Assembly: GCA_046563655.1 (NCBI GenBank)
Contig: CM102287.1
Span: 8,990,001-9,054,000, forward strand
Source of the DNA: Yuukianura sp. NJ FZ-2021
Taxonomy: Eukaryota
DNA length: 64,000 bases
Reading direction: 5' to 3'
Below, piece after piece: positions 1 to 13,800 of the stretch (positions within the stretch are counted from its first letter, which is position 1; the number at the start of each line of letters is the position of its first letter). A program made the translations under genes and the position numbers. The notes beneath the pieces are model-generated. The model was not told the origin of the DNA, ran no database searches, and saw only the letters and a program-made list of their open reading frames with translations.

Positions 1-3000
1 TTGACGAAATTAGCAAATGTACATGTGTTTAAAAAAGTGTTTTTTAAAAAAAGTGTATTTTTTTTTATTTCAAATTTTTCAAAATCAAAAGTTGTTATGT
101 AATTGTGTAAAACGCTTCCGTTTTCATCTTTATCCCATCCACATACTTGTTTGATATTGCGTGTCTCCGTTGTCACTGAGAGTGAAAGTGAAAAGCGAGT
201 GACAGTGAAAGTGTTAGATCGTGCCGTGCCACACCTAGAAGATTTGAGTAGATTTATGTTCTGGCAGCGACGGAAGACAGTTTATAGGAAGTCGGTAGCA
301 ACTAGAAAGCTATGCAAGAGACTAGAAAAGTGGTTTTGGAAATCAGCTGCTAGATGTTCTGGAAGAGCCAAAGACGTAGTCAAAAAGGAAGGAAGTTTTA
401 CGGCGGAAATGAAAAGAAAGTAAATTTTCTCCTAAGCAGAAATTTCATTTTCAGTTCCGAACTTTCTATTCAATGGTAGTATGTACGGTGCTTAATAGAA
501 AATAAATGATCTTCTGTCACAAAAACGAAACGTCTTAAGCTTCCTCCATTTTTAACAAGTTCCATCCTTGTCGTTAGCAGCAAAAGTTCTTTCTGATGAA
601 GATGCTCTACGACTCTTTTGCAAAGGAAAGTGAAAATTCGTGTCTTGCGTAGAATGCAGAAGTGAAAGTTTTCATAACTCAAAGCTGGTTTTGGTGAAAG
701 TGAAAGCGAGATTTCACTGCTCTCTGGCGTGGGTTTCGAAAGTTTGTGATATCGATTCAAACAGCAACTTTTCCTGAGAAAGCTAGATGGAGAAAGTGGA
801 GCTTTCACTTTACAGTTTCACATGGAAATGTTTGGGCATGACTTTGGAAACCATTACTTGTTGTTATACAATGACACAGTCAATTTCGAAATTTTAATTG
901 CCTCTGCGTTTTTAAAATTTTGAATATTGAGAGGATTCTTGCTTAAGATGAAAGTCAATGTAAGGTTAAGTTTCCCAGCAGATTATTATAGTACTCCCTT
1001 AGCGGAACTTCTTTGCGGTAGCTGAGAATGTGAAAATTTCATATATTTTTTGAATTATTTTAAAATTTGGTGCAGTATGGGGGGCCACATGTGTTCAAAA
1101 TTTCGATAAATTGGTTTTCTCCGTGTTCGATGACACTGTAGGAGGAATTGAAAGTGATTCTCTGTGGTTTCCATTGTATTTGTGCAGATGGTGGATCCCA
1201 TAGGAAGGATTACTGTATAACCAAAACCAATGCATCAGATTCAGTTAGGATTTTCAATTGTGTCTTTTGTATGGGTGCTGCTAGTTTCGCATATGCAAGT
1301 AATACGCAGAGTGCGTAACGCATTTTCTGAATCTGTACACATGCTAGTTTCTCTTGAGGTTAGGCACAGGAGAGACGGAAATGCAATGAGCCAGAGATTG
1401 ACGATGACATATGAACCGAATCCAATGCAAAATAGAACCAAATAAATCAAAAACTGAAATTTATTTCATGGAGGGAGCAATGGGTTAACAGAATAAAAAA
1501 ACAAGCACAAATTTGAAAAAGAGCAAAATTTTTGTTGTTACAGTTTTTCATCCCCTTCTGTGATTCGTCAAAAAAGTTGATCTTGATCAACATCCACAAG
1601 ATTACTATCATCTTTTCAACTCTGCTTTAAATTATGTGATATCAAATTTCATGTGAATGATTAATTCTTTATTGTCGAAATAACTAGATTTTGATTCCTG
1701 GTAATGATAAAACAAATATAATTTAAAACCAAAAGTTGAAATTTCCAGTTTTTATTATTCGAAAAAAACTGAATTGGATTATAACATGAATTTTTTGTAT
1801 AGCAAAGTGGATTTGAGCAAAGGGCGCTTCAGCTTAAACAATTCAACTATTCACTGATTTTATAATCAACAAAAAAATGTTGGCCATAAAATGAAACTTA
1901 AAAAGGAAACACCCTTTCATACATTTTTTGTTTCACAAAATTGTTCGCAATTGTCAAAACATGCGTGGGTTAATCAAAAGACTAATCAAAATCCCAAATA
2001 GCTTCTTAAAAAATAAAAAAAAAATCACAAAAACTGACTTTAATGATTTCCCACGTTTTTGCAACTTTTTATGAGGGGGAGGGGCTTCTGTGCCCACGTA
2101 AGTTTCTTTCATTTAAGAATTTGTACCGTAAATTTAAAAATTTGAAATTTTCGTTTTTGAAAGAGTTGAAAAGGATTCCAGTTGTGAAGATTTATGGTTG
2201 AAGGGCACTTGAAATCCAGAACAAGGGTGACTTTTGAATGGAACTGAATGCACTTTCCACTTAACTAAAAAAATTGCTCTTTTGCCCCACCTTTGAAAGT
2301 GGAATGAAGGGACCACCTTGAGGAAATAGTTCAAGGGGCCCTTAATAAATTGAAATGGAGTGAGTTGAAGGGGTGCTGCAATAAATGTTGTCGCTTTTGC
2401 TGCAGCATTGGAACCACATGTGCTTCTCAGTTGTACTTTGTTAGGTTAGGTGACCCTAACAATAAGTTGATGTTGAATTATTGACCCCTGGACGATTGCA
2501 CAAGTTCCATTTGCCAGGTTGTGTCACAGACCAGGAGCAGATGGGACTTAAGTCCCCCCTTCTATGTAAGGGGACCTTGCATCACAGTAATTAATAGAGA
2601 CAAATCCAAGGGCCCTACTAAAAATAAGGTACCAGTGGTCGTACGATAATGTTTTTATAAAAAATAAGGTTATGTTAGGTTTTTGTTAAGGTTAGGCCGA
2701 GGTCCCTTGGCTCTACTCAAATGTTTAATTTATGGGTTGAAATTGGATTATGGTGTACCCATATGTAACTTTTTTGCTCATTCATTTCAACCAATTTTTG
2801 GTACATTTTTTTTTACTGTAAAAAACAATCTGGGTGATTCTTGGAAGAGGAAATCGTGTTTTGCTTTATGTATTTTTTCAAACTCTTTCAGAAAACTCTT
2901 TTGTTTGCTTGATTTTTGTGCGTCATTTGGCCTTGTGCTGTCGGCGTCAAAAATCGCAAAACAAAGTTTTTTGGAAATAAAAAAAATGAATCATGGTTCA

Positions 3001-4827
3001 TGGACGTTTTCATTCAAAAGTATTTTAAGTGTTCTTTTTATGCCAAATGTTCGCGTTTTGGTGTTTGAAATTGGCTTAACAAGGAAAAGAAAAACAGTCA
3101 ATGCAAAGTTCTGACCATTTTTGGAGAAATTTGTTATCATCAGATGGGTAGAGACATAAATTACTTTTGCTTTGTTTTCTTACAATTTGTGAGAACTTTT
3201 TTTGTTACGAGTTTTGTACAAGTAAGGATAGTGAATGAAATATAAACTGACATAATTTTATATTTTTGTCAAAGATGAAAATACAATAGGTGTAATTAAA
3301 GACGCAGTGTTTCAATTGGAATTAGGCTCAGAAGGACAGTAGTTCCTGGTGTGGTGAGGGATATCCGATTTCCCGGGTAGTCCAATCCCTAACTCCCCGA
3401 ATAATGGAGCATAATTCAGTCGAGAGAGACTTACTTCCTCATCACATCAAATACATCTGCTCCCCTCATAGCCACAAGGAAAACAAAGTCGCAAAACCTA
3501 CCGCCAGAAAGTTCCATGAGGGGGAATTCTTGGCAAAAGGCACAAAAACAGACAAACAATTCAGAAGAAAAAAAACAGAAAGAAAGTCCAGCTTTTCGCT
3601 TTTATTTTCGAAACTAAAATTTAATTAACGCTGACCAACGAGGAGAAAGGTATAGGAGAAAGTTACAATTATATTTTTCAAAATTTCGTGCAGTAATACC
3701 AAATTTTGGTTAGTTTATGCCAGGATGAAAACAGGAAAAAATTTGAGCTGAATGTTTATTTTGGATTCACGAGCATTTTTTTTTTTTTTGCAATTTTTCT
3801 GCTACTAATTTTCCGAAACATTTTTCTCCTCATGGTTTCCGGTGCGTGAGAGATGCAAGTCACACAGTTTTCCTGCACTGTGGACTGTATTTGTAACTTT
3901 CTACTGAACTTTCTGTGATCCGTATTCCATATTCAAGTGGATCCAAGTGGATCCTTCTTCCTCGACCGAACTACAGATCTTCTTTGCTTCGACTCAGACG
4001 AAAAACCCATAGACTGGGGTTCGAATCCCCCTCCACCACCGTACTCTTTAAGTTGGTGAATCGTGTGAGCCACCGTGCAGCAGTCTTGACTTGCATGTGG
4101 ACGAGGGTTGTTGCACTTGAATCAGTACAATTACAATTTACAATATAGCGGAAGCAAGAAGCAACTTTATTCCCAATTACACACCCTCTGTTCCCAGAAT
4201 AATAAAACAGCAGTTCTTTCCCCTTATCCAACAATAGGTTCAACATTTTTGCAAAAATCACACCACGCCACATTCTGAACCAATTGCATCACTCGTAAAT
4301 TTTTTCCAGCTCAGCTCGCCAAATCCAAATCGATTTGAAGTTGTTCCATTTTCTACTTTTGGTTTTAAGTGCCGTTTTATGAGGTCAAAGTGCAATTGGA
4401 ACCACTAAAGTCTAAATTGTTCACCGAAAAAGTGCCAAAGTGCAAAATTTGCAAGTTGTTATGGTCTGATAGTTTTAAGTTTTACCTTCTAAGCTCCAAT
4501 TATCACACATCCGTCTGCACATGAAAGGAATTAAGGGGGAGTGGATGTAAAAACACAGCAGAACGAGATTAATTTCTGAAAGGAAAGGAGTGCTGACCTT
4601 CTCAAAAAATTGTTCTACCGTGTCGTTTTTTATAAAGTGAAATTACTATAATTTAAGTTATTTTGAAGTTTAAGTCTAGTGAAAATCGTGAACAGATAAA
4701 CATTAGTGGTTGTGTAATTTCAGATTCGTGAAATTTTGAAAAACATTGTTCAAAACTCATCAAAATTTCTGTTTTGCTCGTGTTTGGTTTAAGCATGCAG
4801 ACAGGCAAATTTTGCGTTTTGTAGAAC

Positions 4828-7800
4828 ATGGATCTCCACTCTTTAATCGAAGGTCACTGTAAATTTAGAGATGGAAAGAAGGTAAAAGTTGTTTTCTAAA
4901 ATTTTGAGAAATGCTAAATCGTTTTTTTCCTTTAATCTACAAGTCAAATCCATTGAGAAATTCAACGTAATAAATTACAAGAATTTGCTTAAAACAAGAA
5001 AAAGACAACTTTTGAAACAAAAGATTTAAAGTGTTACTTAAATTTAAATTTAAACCGGAAAATTTTGAATTGATGATCATTTCATGTCCTTGCAAGGACA
5101 ACACGAACAACAACTTTTTCCTCAAAATTGATTTGAAAATTGAACAAATCAACATAAGCATCTCAATACTCGTTAACTAAAACCGGCCTCTCTAAACGCC
5201 TATAAATTTTTTCTGTGTCTCAAGCCACAGTTTCCTAATTGGCAATTTTTCAACTCTTTTTTTTATCTCGTCTTCAAGTGGATTTGAAGATGAAGAATAA
5301 TAATATCTAGACGTCAATGCCAACGAGATCTTAAAAGGCTGCCGTAGTTCGCTTACGGGACAGGGTAGACGCGTACGATTTGGCTGAAAATTTAACCACG
5401 TGTTCTCGAGACCTATAGGAACAACTTTTGTACAGGGCCCAGATGGGGCACCAAACGGTTTGACCCCCAGGGGTCACCAAAGGTCACGAGGTCATCCTAT
5501 GACAACCCCCCACATGTAAGGTGTCGTTGGAAAGCTCTTGACTTTGTGGTTCAGAAAATGTATGGGTATCAATACTTTGGTTCAAGCGTTTAGCCGTAGG
5601 GAGTCACTGAACGTCAACTATGAAAAATGTTGCAAAGTACCAAAAAGCGAAAAGCATTTCATGACAACCGACAAAATGACTTATACAAAAGTTGTTCCAC
5701 TCACAAAAATAAGCAACTTTTTCCTCTCGCATTTTTTTCTATGGCAAGCAGCTGATGAGATACCGACCCAGGCCGAAACTGCTAAAAGTAGATTTCAGAT
5801 AGGACATTCGCGACGGTAAAAAAAAAATGGGCAATAGCGACGGTTCTACACCTCTAGATTCCCCCAAAATACTAAAAAAAATTAATAAAGTGACTTCTTC
5901 AAACAATTTGCTGACGTTTAAGTCCAAACCGTGAGAAAGAAACAGATTCCGTTTCACCGTCGCGAATGTCCTATCTGAAATCTACTTTTAGCAGTTTCGG
6001 CCTGGGTCGGTATCTCATCAGCTGCTTGCCATAGAAAAAAATGCGAAAGGAAAAAGTTGCTTATTTTTATGAGTGGAACAACTTTTGTATAAGTCATTTT
6101 GTCGGTTGTCATGAAATGCTTTTCGCTTTTTGGTACTTTGCAACATTTTTCATAGTTGACGTTCAGTGACTCCCTACGGCTAAACGCTTGAACCAAAGTA
6201 TTGATACCCATACATTTTCTGAACCACAAAGTCAAGAGCTTTCCAACGACACCTTACATGTGGGGGGTTGTCATAGGATGACCTCGTGACCTTTGGTGAC
6301 CCCTGGGGGTCAAACCGTTTGGTGCCCCATCTGGGCCCTGTACAAAAGTTGTTCCTATAGGTCTCGAGAACACGTGGTTAAATTTTCAGCCAAATCGTAC
6401 GCGTCTACCCTGTCCCATAAGCGAACTACGGCAGCCTTTCAAAAAAAATTGAAACAATTGAAGTGACAATTCCGGGAAGAGTAAGTCACTCACACCCAAG
6501 GTCAACAGTGTCACCTTCAAATCTTGCGTGTAAAAAACACGTTTTTGTGATTTCTAAATACTTATCATGCCACACTTCGTTCACGCCTCGTCGCAGTTAC
6601 TAAAAAAATCGAATAATTAGTTGTTTTTTTTTGTTAAATTTTTCAAATTTTGTTTCTTAGGCTAAACAATTTTTTTCTTCAGTCTGTTAACAGATTTTTT
6701 TTAACTTTAAAGCATTTTTTTTATGATGAGGCCTCTTCGTGAGAATCTTTTCTTTCAGTAATTTGATTCTGAAGCAGCGTTTGCAAATTCTTGTGATGTG
6801 ATTCGTTTGATCATCAAAAAGGAGTTAAGAGGCCTGTAATTGGATAATGAGAAGATGAGTCAAGTGACAAGGAATGAAATACGACCCTCCGTTTTCCAGT
6901 TGACATGCGCTGTGTCAAGACTTAAAACAGACCACAGCATGGAATGTTTTTGAAACAAAAATTTAAACAAGAATTTCAAACCAGTTTCAAAGTTCTTTTT
7001 ATACCGCCAAAGTCCATTTTTGTGAAAATCGAGAGATGAAAACTTTATTTATTTTTGGGGAACTTTTGAAAACCTCTTTTTAGAATCTTCCACTTTTGTT
7101 AAAAAGTTCAAAAATGGATATTTCCCATAAGTCTTCATTTTTTTTCAACGAAGTTGACTTTCCATTTTAGTTTTTATACAAAGGTACTCCTTTCAACACT
7201 GGCACTCACTCAAAAGTAACAAACTTATTTTTTTCCTTTTCTTAAAACATTTCACAATTTTGGATATTTGTATTCCCAGTTTCAGTTTTTAGAAAAGAAT
7301 TGAAAGATTTTGAATAAATATGAAAAGAAAAAACCGTTTTTATGAATTTCTCACTCACTTTTCTGAATTTGTAGCATCATTTCGAAATACGATGAAAAAA
7401 AGTTGTTATAAAAAGGTTTTCATTTTTTATAATTTTTTTGGAAATCGAAAGGAAGCGGAGATGAAAGGCCGGATAAGTTTACTTGCCTCGAGCTTCACTG
7501 CTTCTCATTTTCTGATTTACTTTTGAGATTCTCAATGTGAAAAACTATAATAATGTTCAAACAGAACTAGAAATATTTTGAAAAAGTCTCATTTTTGAAA
7601 AGCGAGAACACCAAAATTGTAAGTGAGATGCGAGCATTGAATCGTAATTAAGTCGTATTCAAAATTTTCTCTTCACTTCTCAAGAAATATGTTTTTGATA
7701 GTTTCTCAATGGATTTGATTCTACTTTTGTTGAAATTCTAACTTTTTGAAACCAAAATCAGTTTTTTCGTTTCAATTTTTATTTTATTTTTTGTTCACTC

Positions 7801-10800
7801 GTGTCATAGTGGAAGTCGCGTTGGGCCGTTGTGACCAAACTTTCACCTGTAGCAGGTAAAAGCACTTTGAATTTACAACTTTGCTTACAAAATTTACATT
7901 TTGCAGCAGCAATTTGTAGGTTACGGCGACATTTGGTGACTTTTGTTTAGATTTTAGGCTAGGCTGAGATTAGTTTTACATTAAGTTAAGAAAAGAGCGT
8001 CGAGCGGATGTGTGGTTCATTACTTTTTCAAAGTAGCGCAAAATTTGAAATTGAAATTTACGTTTTTATTCTTAAGTACTTTTTTCGAAATGCAGGAAAC
8101 TATTTGTAGGCCACGCGTATGTTATTTCGACACACTCAAATTTGAATCTGTCATTGTGTGTCCTTTATGATGTGGTTGAGTGCATCTTTTTGCAAACATG
8201 CCCAAAATGGCTTCAGCCTTGACTCCCACATTTAAAAACAAGGTTAAACTACAGTGCACAAAAACTAAAAATCTTGCAGAAAGTTTAGAAAAAAAGAAAG
8301 AAATCGATTTTTCATACCTCAAGGTAAAATCTTTTGCCTTCTCAGTGTCATTTGTATTCCTTGACATTTCATGAGGGGGTAACATTGACATTATACAACT
8401 AGGTCACTATAGGCGTACTCCTGCGCAATGTTCTATTTTTTACTCATGCGCAGATCCGGGAGAGTGACTGACACGGATCTGTAAGGAGATCAATTCCAAA
8501 TGCTCCCCGGCTCGTTACACTTGAGAACAATTAACGTCATGCTGAGTATAGCGGCCTTGCCATTGACTCAGTCCCTGCATATGGTTTTTTCCTGCATAGT
8601 TTTTGTACATACACACTGCCATGTCAAAGGTTAATCTCTCGCTTTTATGAATTTCTCATGAAGATGAGACTGGCTTTTGACAAAGTAAGAGTACAGGCTC
8701 ATCAATATTCTCTGCAGGAGTCTTATGGCTGTAATAATAGAAGATAAGAGAGCCAAAACCATAAGAGCAGCACAATGGGCCATCATTTGACATCCTCCCT
8801 TCATTCCTGTCTTCAACAATGAGAAGCCTTTGAAAAGACAAATTTTATTACTTTTTTTAAAGAGTTAAGGGCAAATAGCACTCAACATTTCACAATTTGA
8901 CCTAAGAAACCTTGGACCTCGGTCAACAAAAATAAAACTTTGAAATTTCCACTGGAATGCAACGCAACGCCCCTCATAACATTTTAATAGCTTCCAAACT
9001 TCCGGTGTTTCATAAAATTTTTAAATTCTTGAACTCTTTTCATAAATTTTGGAGTTTTTAAACATTTTTGAGTTTCATTTTTGAATTATAAGATTCTTGA
9101 ATTCTCCAACTCGTCTCAAAACTGTAAAAAAAAATTTTGTAAACCCAAAATTGTTTCGTTTTTATTGATTTTCTCCCCCCAAAATGAGATGGTTTTAGAA
9201 AATTTGAAAAGAAGAGTTTTAAGGCGGGTTTCCACTTAAGATTTTTCGGTTTGTTTTCTTTTTGTTAGCGTGATGAGAGATGGTTAAATTGGGGTGGTCT
9301 CCCCTCCTTAAAACTTTCTTCTTGCCGCTTCTCTTTGTATTTTTCAAATAATAGAAAATAGGGAGAGTTCTTTCTAGACTTCTGGAATCTCTCTTCCATT
9401 TCCAAAATTGTGAAGATCATTCTCCCCTCCTTACTCAAATATTCATCATCTTCTGGAATTTATGACTTCCCTATGCTAGCCTTCTTCTTTTTACTATTGA
9501 AACGTATTTTGAAATCATGAAGTTGAGGACTTCCTAGGAGTTTGACCTTTGACTTTTTCTTCCGGTTGGATTGCAACGTAGGTCAGCGGGGCACAATGAA
9601 CTTTGAATATGTTTACATTGAAGTTTAATGCTTGGTGCGTGCGAAGTAAGGAAGACAGCAATGGTCGTATTTTATGATGCGAGACATGCGCAGTGGTGCA
9701 TGTCCGGAGGTGACAGCTGTCATGTCACACTGTTGTTTGGACACGAAAGACAAAAAAACTTGGCATACGGACAAACCATTAGGACAAATCATAATTCATG
9801 GCAATTCAACTAATGCTGATGGTTAGAACTTATGTTACAGTTAGTAAGTACAGATGGACGAGAAAGTTAAGGACGGATGGACGAAAGTTAAGGACGGATG
9901 GACGATGGACGACAATGACACATGTGTAGATGGAAGCCAAATGTCAAAGATTATTGCAATTTTGTAAGATTTTTGCAGTAAAATATGGTTGTAGTTAATG
10001 GTAGTTTATGAAGGTGTTTAATTTGACAAAGTGGAAAGTAGCAACAATTTTTTTGGGTTTTGGGCGTTTAGTTTTTGTACGAAACTGAAACTTTTTGGAT
10101 GTTCATGTAGAAGTAGAGTCGTTTGGAGAAGCACTTCTTAATGGTCGTTTCATTTGGAAGTGGATGAGTAATTGTGTCAGATCATAACTTTTTCCTGAAA
10201 AAACTCCAGAGAAAGTTTCACACGCAAAGCTCCACTGAACTTCTTCCTACTTTTTTTGTTCATTGAAGTTAGGGAAGTGGGAGAAAGTGTGAGTCGTCAT
10301 GGTGGGTTACTTTGGAATGTGGCTCGTAAATTCAAGTAGTGGTGGTGGGGCGAAGGCGGGGCAGTGGTGGGTCAAGGAAGCTGGAGCCACCATATAGAAT
10401 AAGTCGTATTGTTCATTTTTCGTCGAAACATGAAGAATGCTGGAAGCCCCATCGGTCTGTCCGCCCCTCTTTCGACTCCTTCCGGGAGTTCCTGGAGCCA
10501 TGTCTGTCACCCCTCTTACCATTTGTCATGGCTCCAACTGTAGAAAAGTCAGCAACCTTCGCACATGATTTAAATCAGCTTGTTTTAGTCGATTAAAAAC
10601 AGAAAAAAACAAGATATTCAGAAATTTATCCGAATTTTTCGCTCTTTTTGTTTGTTTGTTTTTCTTCATCAATGAAGAAGTCACTTTTAGAAATTCTGAA
10701 AAACCATCTTTTTAAAAATCAGGCACTGAAACTCTAAAAATCGATTGAAACTGGTGATTTTTTGGGTTTTGGTGTGAATTGTGAGTGTAAACACTGTACT

Positions 10801-13800
10801 TGGACTGTTGGGGTTTGTTGCAGAGGCTTAAAGGAAAAAGTTGTGTGAAGTGATGGCAGAATTCATCAATACAACTTCCATTACAGTCCAATGAGCCACC
10901 ACAAAGCATCATTCCATTTCTCCCCTCTTTTCCCTTCAAAGATCCAGAAATTGGACGAGAAGTAACAAAACCTAACATAGGCTGGTACTAACCTAGGGTG
11001 TTTTCTCCCCAAATGCTCAACTATTGCACAGAATCACAAAATGCTTCAAATGGAAACATTTCGAGAGCTTTTCACTTCGGTTCGTCTGTCAAAAACAATC
11101 GTCAACGTAACATAACTTAAGTAAAACTTTAAGTTCAACCGAAAGTATTCTCGTAGTGTCAAATTTTCCAATTTTGGGGTAAAATATTTTCAAAAGGTCA
11201 AATATTTTTAGAATCTAGCATTTCAAAATTTGGAAGAAATTTTGAAAGTTAGGGTGAAAACAGTCTGTTCATTTGGATTCCACGAGCGACTGCGGATTGG
11301 CTCCAGGCGTCATTATTTTCTGGAACTTTCTCTCGTCCGTCCATCCGTCTTTTGCTTTGCTTTTGGTTTAGTAATTTCTCTGCACCATTTCCACTATTCT
11401 CTAATTTTGTAATTGGGAAGCCCAATGGTTAGGTTGGTTTTCAAAGTTAAACCTTAGCATCAGCGTTTCTGCACAGGAGAACAATAGTCTTTCCGTGTCT
11501 TTTGGAGAAAGCACTTGATTAATTTTCCCCTCGGTTGTGTCTTTACAGTAAAACCCTTCATCACAGTCCAGCCTACTGCTTAACTATGGCGCAAAGCTCG
11601 TTAGACTTTTAGACTCCTTGCTCACAGGATTCTGCTTTAACTGAAGAGGCGGAACGGAAACATGACAGATTTACGATAGAGTCCCAACTAGTCGTTAGTT
11701 TAAGACTACACCAAAATACGAGCATAAAATTTATGTAAAAACAACCAAAATAAGATACAAAAACTACAAAAAGTTGTAAAAACTTATCAAAATTTTTTTC
11801 GTAGATTTTAGGTAACAAGATACAAAAGGCAAAAAAAGAGAGAAAGTAGAGGGAGAAAAGAAAAAAAAAATTTTTTTTTCCTTTTTTTTTTGGTAATGCT
11901 TAAATGGAAAAGAAATTAAGTCTTTAGAGGTGTGAAAATGTGATGATGAAAGGAGAAAGTAATGGTAGGGAGGGAAAGTAGTAGTTTAAAAATTTTCAAA
12001 ATTTGGAAATTCCTTGGAGATGGCGGCAGGTTTTCAATTATGAATGAGAATATTAAACTTCTAAGGTCTTTTCATTTAAGAACTTTTCTTGACAGCAGCA
12101 GAAAGTCTTTCTTACCTCCTGCATTCGTTCCTCTTCTTCATAAATTTTCTGGAAGCAACCAGAGTATAAAACGTGTCGCCTTTTTTTCTTTTGTAAAATT
12201 TTACAAAAAATGTTCAAAAAAACGACGTGCCGGAAAATTGCCTTTCTGCCACACAACTTATGAGTACGACAAGACCAATTTCATGGAAGGACAGGCGACG
12301 CATTGGCGTCTTTTTCACAAAATTTCACAAATTTCTAGTGTCACAAATTTTCATAATTTTTTTGTTACAAATTTCTTGTGACATTTTCATTTGCCCAGAT
12401 TCAAACGGGTTTCAAAGTACAAGTTTTTGGCTCGAAAATTTTAAAAGAGACATGCTTGGATACTTTTCCTAAAAAAGAATTTCAGAATTTTGGAAAAAGT
12501 GAAACAATTTTCCATTACAGTTTTGAATTTTGTTTGCTCAAAAGCTATTAAAATGCGTGTGGTTTTTGTAAGTGATGATAACTGAAATTTCTTTTCATTT
12601 TGTTGTGCTGCTGCAGGGAATGGGAACGACTAGATTAAATTGTATTCTCGTTTCAGTTTAAACTTTGTTTGTTTTGAACTTTAAGGACCTTAGGAACGTA
12701 AAACTCCTTCCGAAGTAGTGCAACTGCTGGGTGTAGACAGTTCTGGATTGTTAGAATGGGTCCATTTCGTTAATGTTCTTGCTTCGTTCTTGCAACAGGA
12801 CAGCTACGCTCCTTGATTTTAAATTAGAAAAGGAGATCCAGTTTCCTTCTTGGCTCTAACTGTCACAGATTTAATTAATTGCAAAGAACCCATTCACACT
12901 TTAATTACCCAACATTTCACTTCTGCTACACTCCTAAACCGCTTTGGATCACTGAAAACTATACAGATCTGCGCAGACTTTATTTTTAATCTGCGCAGGC
13001 AGCAAAAATTATTTGATATAGAATATTTTTGTGTTTTAAATGCTCAGCAGCTATGTAAATTTTTAAAGTTTAGAATTTCTGTGTTTTCGAGGTACAGTTG
13101 CAGCATAAAATTTTTATAAAATTTGTGTGTTTATGTCTTATTGACGTAGTTGAGCACTAAATTTTAGATTTTTCAAAATCTTTGATAAAAAAATCGTGGG
13201 AAAAAGAGTAGGAGGTCATAAAGTATTCAGCAGAAGATTTTTTCGAAGTTGAGAATTTTTTAAAAATTGGGTGATTTTTTAACTCTTGAGAGTACCACAT
13301 CAATCACTCTTGAACTTTTATTTTCTTTGATTTTTTGAATCACTATTTGAAGTTTGGTGCGTGTGTCACTCACCTTGTGCTTTGCAAAATATAGTGGAAG
13401 AGTAATTGAAAAAATTTCTTAGTCTTGTGGAAAACTTTCCTGCGAAAAAAGGAAAGTTTTCAAGGTGTCAGAAACTTTTGAAACGGAACTGAAATGTGTA
13501 AAGAAAATTGAAAGGAAAGAGGAACTTAAGAAATCTGGTTCCTTGGAACACATACTCCGCTTTGCCAAAACTTTGCCGACGTGACTCAGCTTTCTTCCCG
13601 GATTTCCCAGAATTTCGGAGTGTTTTGGCCCCGAACCTGATTCAAGCTCTACGATGAAGGGCAGGGAGCAATGATTCCTACAATTCAAGGGAAAGAACGC
13701 ACGCCGTACCGCTTTGCAATGAAAAAATTCCTCGTGCACCGTGCGTAGCACCATGCTGCTTCTATCGATTTTTTCTAACCGATAGAGAAAAACTAGTAGC

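Noticed and set aside
103..808. ORFs 103-423 and 470-808
   Set aside because: No domain or coding-like composition; more likely Dok-7 5'UTR and promoter sequence.
4018..4029. tRNA T-loop/B-box GGTTCGAATCCC (also on the minus strand at 14671-14682)
   Set aside because: I could not fold a cloverleaf or find a matching A-box; at most degraded SINE remnants.
5538..6235. Two nearly identical 93-aa ORFs on opposite strands
   Set aside because: Mirror images produced by the inverted repeat; no ATG start and no recognisable domain.
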